Shown piece after piece: positions 27,748 to 32,000 of a DNA stretch of 32,000 nt. Source of the DNA: Propionibacterium freudenreichii subsp. freudenreichii. GTDB lineage: Bacteria > Actinomycetota > Actinomycetes > Propionibacteriales > Propionibacteriaceae. The stretch covers positions 1,050,001-1,082,000 of the forward strand of contig NZ_CP010341.1 of the NCBI RefSeq assembly GCF_000940845.1, read 5' to 3'. A program made the translations under genes and the position numbers. Each line of letters starts with the position of its first letter. Positions within the stretch are counted from its first letter, which is position 1. Under the pieces are notes generated by a model. It did not search any database. It had not been told where the DNA came from and saw only the letters and a list, made by a program, of their open reading frames with translations.

Positions 27748-28821
27748 TCAGTAGGCGAAGTTCCACAGGGTCCAGCTGCCGGCTCCACCGGGACCACTGG
27801 TCTCGGACGATCCGTGCAGTCCCTCGCGTCCCGCGGGTGCCTGCCAGCGGGCGAGGCGGTCGGGGTCGTCACTGGCCAGTACCGGGTCGCCGAAGCCGCC
27901 CAGGTAGCTGCCGTCGGGGCGCGGCGTGATGCCCAGTGCCTCGGTGTCGCGCTCGTCGACGAAGCCCGGCGTCGTGAACAGGTCGCGCATATAGGCCCAC
28001 AGGTTCGGCAGGTCGTGCACGCGTAGGGCCTTGTCCCGCAGGTCGATCGGGAAGCCGGTGACATAGGTCTGGTCAAAGCTGGCGAGCGTGCAGAACAGCC
28101 GCACATCGGAGTCGGTCAGCTGGTCGCCGAACAGATAGCGACGGGTCGCCAGACGGTGGTCGTAATCACGCAGGCGCGCCTCGTAGACGCCGAGGGCCGC
28201 GCGGGCGGCGTCCTCGGTGGTGGCGAACAGGACCTTGTAGGGGCCGTTGTTCACATCGTCGAACAGCTGCTGGTTGAGCACATCGATCTGGCCGCGCAGC
28301 GCCTCCGGGTAGAGGTCCGGCGCGCCCGCCTTGTGGAACTGCGACCAGGCGGTCTCCAGCTCAAGGCTCATCACGTGGTAGTCGTTCATGACGACCTTGC
28401 CGGTCTTGGTGTCCACCAACGCGGGCACCGTGCCGCGGCCGGTGTAGGAGGGATCGCCGGCGTGATAGGCCTCGTTGAGGCCCTTCAGGCCCAGTACCGC
28501 GTCCTTGCCGCCGGGCTGGTCGGCGAACACCCAGCCGCCATCGTCGCCACGGCCCGACACATAGGCAATGGAGATCGCATTCTCAAGGCCCAACAGGCGG
28601 CGCACGATGATCTGGCGGCGAGACCATCCGCACTCGGCCGAGATCACGAGGCGGTAGCGACCCGCCTCCACGGGAAGCTCGCCCGAGGTGAAGCGGGCGG
28701 TGAAGTGGTTCGGCTGGCGCTTGAAGGCGCCGTCGTCGGTCTGCTCCTTGCGGAAGATGGAATCGCCCACCTCACCACGCGGGCGCGTGTTGACGGATGC
28801 TGATTCGGGAAGTGCGGTCAT
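27748..28821 (-). CDS. Xi-class glutathione-S-transferase-like protein (glutathionyl-hydroquinone reductase family), paralog with non-canonical CGWS active-site motif
   Basis: ATG at 28821 is preceded by AAGGAGA and overlaps the GNAT stop (ATGA). It gives 357 aa. GRYRLVISAECGWSRRQIIVRRLLGLE aligns with the YqjG-type GRYxLxxxxxCPWAHR, and RGTVPALVDTKTGKVVMND, DSDVRLFCTL and NLWAYMRDL are typical of the family. Confidence 0.8.
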   Translation of the reverse strand: MTALPESASVNTRPRGEVGDSIFRKEQTDDGAFKRQPNHFTARFTSGELPVEAGRYRLVISAECGWSRRQIIVRRLLGLENAISIAYVSGRGDDGGWVFADQPGGKDAVLGLKGLNEAYHAGDPSYTGRGTVPALVDTKTGKVVMNDYHVMSLELETAWSQFHKAGAPDLYPEALRGQIDVLNQQLFDDVNNGPYKVLFATTEDAARAALGVYEARLRDYDHRLATRRYLFGDQLTDSDVRLFCTLASFDQTYVTGFPIDLRDKALRVHDLPNLWAYMRDLFTTPGFVDERDTEALGITPRPDGSYLGGFGDPVLASDDPDRLARWQAPAGREGLHGSSETSGPGGAGSWTLWNFAY

Positions 28822-29396
28822 CGTATTTCTCCTTGGTCCTGGTGGATCGCGTTGTCGTGGGATGGCGCTTCATTGACTGCTAACGCCGGGGAGGGCCCAT
28901 CTGATTCCAGCGGGGGTCGATCGCTGTCGGGGATGTCATAGGTGAACACCAGCAGGCGCTGTCCGCCGTCGACGACGAGGGTCTCGCGCTCGGGGCGGCG
29001 CACGAAGCCGAGCCTTCGGTACATGGCGTGGGCACCGGTCATCTGGGGTCCGGAATGGATGCCGATCCGGCTGATGCCGCGCTCGCGGGCCACCTGGATG
29101 GTCTTGGCGACCAACAGGGCGGCGATGCCGCGTCCCCGTGCCGCGGGATCGACTCCGATCATGTGGAATTCGAGCTCATCGGGGTGCGCCGGCTGCGTCT
29201 GCCCGTCCTCGCCGACGTCGGGTTCGGCGACGAAGCCGGGGGACGGCGTGAGCACCGCACCGAGGATCTTGCCCCGTTCTGCTGCCACCCAGATCTGGTA
29301 GTCGGGTACCCACGAGGCGATGCCACGCAGCCGCTCGATGTACTGGTCGGTGTTGTGGAAGGAGCTGGTGTAGGCCCGCACCAGGAGGTCGGCCAC
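28818..29396 (-). CDS. GNAT-family N-acetyltransferase (start codon problematic, possibly 5'-disrupted)
   Basis: The acetyl-CoA motif IGVDPAARGRGIAALLV is present, followed by YRRLGF. The first in-frame start is GTG at 29396. The same frame stays open upstream to the cysK TGA and encodes TRLAEPSEFPEV, which looks like the missing GNAT beta1 strand. No ATG, GTG or TTG lies in that stretch. Confidence 0.7.
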   Translation of the reverse strand: MADLLVRAYTSSFHNTDQYIERLRGIASWVPDYQIWVAAERGKILGAVLTPSPGFVAEPDVGEDGQTQPAHPDELEFHMIGVDPAARGRGIAALLVAKTIQVARERGISRIGIHSGPQMTGAHAMYRRLGFVRRPERETLVVDGGQRLLVFTYDIPDSDRPPLESDGPSPALAVNEAPSHDNAIHQDQGEIR

Positions 29397-29453
29397 CTCG
29401 GGAAACTCACTCGGCTCGGCAAGGCGCGTCGCGGTGGTGGCCCTGTGCTGCGG

Positions 29454-30428
29454 TCATTGTGCCGTTCCCTCCGGGGTCGCTGCGGTGTGATGGTCGAACA
29501 GATCGGTGGAGTAATAGCGTTCGGCCGTGTCGGCGATGATCGTGACAATCACCTGGCCGGCCGTCTCCGGGCGCGCGGCAAGGATGCGCGCGGCGGCGAC
29601 CGCGGCACCGGAACTGATGCCGACGGCGAGCCCCGCGTGACGCATCAGTTCGCGGGTGGTGTCCAGGGCCTCGGCCTGGGGGATGTCGAGGGTCTGGTCG
29701 ATCAGCGCCAGATCGGTGACCGGCGCGGCGGCCGGGCCCCCCGAGATGCCCTGGATCTTGTGGGGATGCCACTGTCCGCCGTTGAGGACTGCTGACTCAG
29801 CGGGCTCCACGGCGACGATGCGCAGGCCCGGGTTGCGTTCGCGCAGGAAGCGACCCGCTCCGCTGATGGTGCCACCGGTACCCACTGCCGAGACGAACCA
29901 GTCGACGTGTCCGTCGGTCTGTTCCCAGATCTCCGGACCGGTGGTGGCGTAGTGCGCGGCCGGATTGGCGGGGTTGCCGCCCTGACCGGCCAGCCAGGCC
30001 CCCGGGGTGGACGCCACGATCTCGGCTGCGCGCGCCCCGGCCGCCGGCATGCCGCCCTTTCCGGGGGTGAGGACGATCTCGGCACCCAGGGCCTCGATGA
30101 GCGCGCGGCGCTCAATGGACTGGTCGTCAGGCACCACGATGATCACGCGGTAGCCGAGCACCCCGCCCAGCCAGGCCAGCGAGATGCCGGTATTTCCGCT
30201 GGTCGCCTCGACGATCGTGCCGCCCTTGGCCAACCGGGCATCGCGTTCGGCGGCACGCACCATGGACAGGGCGGTGCGGTCCTTCACCGACGATGAGGGG
30301 TTGAAGAACTACAGCTTCGCCAGGACTGTCCCGTATCCCGATTCGAACTGGGGCAGATGCAGTAGCGGCGTATCACCCACCAACTCGGTGAGATCTTCGG
30401 TGATGCCGGGATACACGTGACCTGCCAT
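29454..30428 (-). pseudogene. cysK: cysteine synthase A (O-acetylserine sulfhydrylase) with in-frame TAG at 30309-30311
   Basis: ATG at 30428 is preceded by AGGAA. The N-terminal 39 aa, MAGHVYPGITEDLTELVGDTPLLHLPQFESGYGTVLAKL, are followed by TAG. The same frame then continues FFNPSSSVKDRTALSM (PLP-Lys motif), GNTGISLA and GTGGTISG to TGA at 29454-29456. The TAG replaces the Glu of the conserved AKLE(F/Y)FNP motif (GAG to TAG is a single change). Confidence 0.8.
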
Positions 30429-30518
30429 GGATTTCCTATCGCTTGATCGATGATCCCCTGCGGGAGGACATGCAGGGAGAAGAGCTTGTGGCAACCCCTC
30501 AATGGGTTGCGTGACCGA

Positions 30519-30614
30519 TCAACGACAGCAGGGCGCAACGGCCGACATCACAACGGCCGACATGAGGTCGGCACGGGGGCCGGCCTTCATGGCAAGGACC
30601 ATCAACTGCTGCAT
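30519..30614 (-). promoter_or_regulatory. candidate short leader ORF ending Pro-Cys-Cys-Arg upstream of cysK (speculative)
   Basis: The minus strand reads ATG(30614) MQQLMVLAMKAGPRADLMSAVVMSAVAPCCR TGA(30519-30521). A TATCGT -10-like hexamer (30622-30627) lies 7 nt upstream of this ATG, which would fit a leaderless start. Internal ATGs occur at 30563 and 30548 inside a 13-bp tandem repeat. Two hairpins lie between the sORF and the cysK SD. Confidence 0.25.
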
Positions 30615-30919
30615 GGCGCTCACGATAACACCGCAGGGAAAGGGCTTGTCGCAGCGCCATCTGGCAGGATTTCGCTGCTGGAGGATGGTGTTGGACAGCT
30701 TGCCCGGGGCGGGGTGCGAGCGCCTATGCTCTGGTTCGTGAGCCTTCAACTAGTCGTGCGCCCGCACATCGACCTGGTGCGCACTGACAGTTGTCTGTGT
30801 TGTTGAGCGCCTGAGGCCGCCGTCCGGATGGCATCAGGCAGAGCCGGTGGACGCAACGCGTCCGACCGAAGGCCCCCGGGCCCCACCGGTGGGTAACCAC
30901 ACACCCCGAAGAGAAGCTC

Positions 30920-32000
30920 ATGTCAACCAAGTCCACGACCGTCGGCTTCCAGCTCGCAGCGCCGGAAGCCTCACATATCGCCACGTCCGAGAACGCACAC
31001 GAGATCGGCGCCCACGGGGAATTCTCCCGTCAGGACAATGCCTTCACCACGCCCTTCGGGGACGGCCCCGGGCAATTGCCGGTGGAGGCGGGGCGCTACC
31101 GACTGATCGTCGCCAGGATCTGCCCCTGGGCGCATCGCCAGCTGATCACCCGGGAAGTGCTCGGGCTCACCGACGCCATCAGCGTGGGGGTGACGGCACC
31201 TGTCCGCACCGACAACGGCTGGCGCTTCAGCCTCGACCCCGGCGACAAGGACCCCGTGCTGGGCATCGAGTACCTCAACGAGGCCTATCTGGCCGCCGAT
31301 CCCGGCTATGACCGTCGCGGCACCGTGCCGGCAGTGGTCGATGTCACCACCGGCAAGGTCGTGCAGAACGACTACCACCGACTGTCCAACTACTGGGAAG
31401 TGGCGTGGCGCCGGCTGCAGCCGGACGATGCCCCCGACCTGTACCCCAGCTCCCTGCGCCCGGCGATCGACGAGATGAGTCGCCTCAACTTCCACGCCGT
31501 GAACAACGGCGTCTACAAGGCCGGCTTCGCCCACACCCAGGAGGCCTATGAGCAGGCCTTCGATGCACTGTTCGCCCGGCTGGACGCGCTCGAGCAATTG
31601 CTGGGCCAGCAGCGTTTTCTGCTCGGGGAGCACATCACCGACTCCGACGTGAGGCTCTTCCCCACCTTGGTGCGCTTCGACACCGCCTACTACGTGGCCT
31701 TCAGGACCAATCGCAATCGGCTGATCGACTTCCCGAACCTGTGGAACTACGCACGCGAGCTCTACGCGCTGCCCGGGTGGGGATCCACCACCGACTTCCA
31801 GGCGATCAAGCTGGGCTATTTCGGCTCGACGAATGTCACCGGGGCCGCCAGGGTCATCATCCCCAAGGGCCCCGACCTGTCGGGCTGGGACCAGGCCAGT
31901 ACGCGGGCCGAGCAGTTCGGCGATGGCGACGTCTACCTGCGCCACGGAGGCCGTCCCCGCAACCCGCTGGCCCGTGTCACCGTGATGTCGCGTCGCGGTG
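30920..32000 (+). CDS. Xi-class glutathione-S-transferase (glutathionyl-hydroquinone reductase, YqjG/PcpF type), canonical CPWAHR paralog; 3' end beyond window
   Basis: ATG at 30920 follows GAAGAGAAG. My own translation shows the frame open to base 32000; it is absent from the ORF track, presumably because no stop falls in the window. Motifs: GRYRLIVARICPWAHRQLITREVLGL, RGTVPAVVDVTTGKVVQND, DSDVRLFPTLVRFD, NLWNYARELY. Confidence 0.85.
   Translation, partial: MSTKSTTVGFQLAAPEASHIATSENAHEIGAHGEFSRQDNAFTTPFGDGPGQLPVEAGRYRLIVARICPWAHRQLITREVLGLTDAISVGVTAPVRTDNGWRFSLDPGDKDPVLGIEYLNEAYLAADPGYDRRGTVPAVVDVTTGKVVQNDYHRLSNYWEVAWRRLQPDDAPDLYPSSLRPAIDEMSRLNFHAVNNGVYKAGFAHTQEAYEQAFDALFARLDALEQLLGQQRFLLGEHITDSDVRLFPTLVRFDTAYYVAFRTNRNRLIDFPNLWNYARELYALPGWGSTTDFQAIKLGYFGSTNVTGAARVIIPKGPDLSGWDQASTRAEQFGDGDVYLRHGGRPRNPLARVTVMSRRG

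Noticed and set aside
30309-30311. The in-frame TAG in cysK as programmed recoding (pyrrolysine or read-through).
   Set aside because: The codon replaces a conserved Glu reachable by one substitution. I see no pyl genes or recoding signals in the window, and Actinomycetota are not known to use pyrrolysine. A nonsense mutation or a base error is far more likely.
30488-30512. GGCAACCCCTC, reminiscent of SAM-riboswitch core sequence near a sulfur-metabolism gene.
   Set aside because: It is simply the left arm and loop of a 7-bp hairpin (GCAACCC/GGGTTGC). The other SAM-I/SAM-IV helices and conserved junction nucleotides are not evident on either strand.
30450-31311. Plus-strand ORFs 30450-30806 (118 aa), 30502-30741 (79 aa) and 30847-31311 (154 aa).
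   Set aside because: They have no family resemblance and a biased Arg/Gly/His composition. The third is out of frame with the well-supported Xi-GST gene that starts at 30920. The first two lie in the cysK/GST intergenic region, which is better explained as regulatory.

Overview
The window is visibly GC-rich, and its gene content and order match core chromosome of a high-GC Gram-positive bacterium (Actinomycetota). It resembles the conserved sigA/sigB to trkA (ceoBC) neighbourhood I recall from Mycobacterium and Streptomyces. I saw no rRNA, tRNA, CRISPR array, transposase, integrase, phage or recognisable defence genes.

Gene order, left to right:
- hrpA 3' end, tesB
- an orphan sugar-type ABC solute-binding lipoprotein, divergent from a frameshifted LacI-family regulator
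- sigB-like and primary sigA sigma factors, divergent
- ldh and a small CxxC...CxHH protein
- parE, panE, parC (second type IIA topoisomerase)
- App1-like phosphatase, DUF5998-like protein, alkaline-phosphatase-family protein
- sepH, then four conserved genes of unknown function (DUF4193, DUF4235, DUF3710, OB-fold)
- two TrkA/RCK genes, divergent from a KimA-like APC-superfamily permease; the permease is translationally coupled to a TrmA/RlmD-type RNA methyltransferase and a small Cys protein
- a thiol-related locus: Xi-class GST paralog 1, GNAT and cysK on the minus strand, with Xi-class GST paralog 2 divergent

Loci most worth a second look:
1. The cysK-GNAT-GST unit is one continuous reading frame broken by an internal TAG and a TGA. 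The GNAT has no usable start codon. One GST paralog has a non-canonical CGWS active-site motif. An upstream short ORF ends in Pro-Cys-Cys-Arg and is followed by hairpins.
2. Two TrkA-like genes sit next to a KimA-like transporter, and no TrkH/KtrB gene is in the window.
3. Nested, mutually exclusive palindromes lie in the sepH/DUF4193 divergent intergenic region.

All family names come from reading motifs in the translations and from memory of those families. No database search was run.
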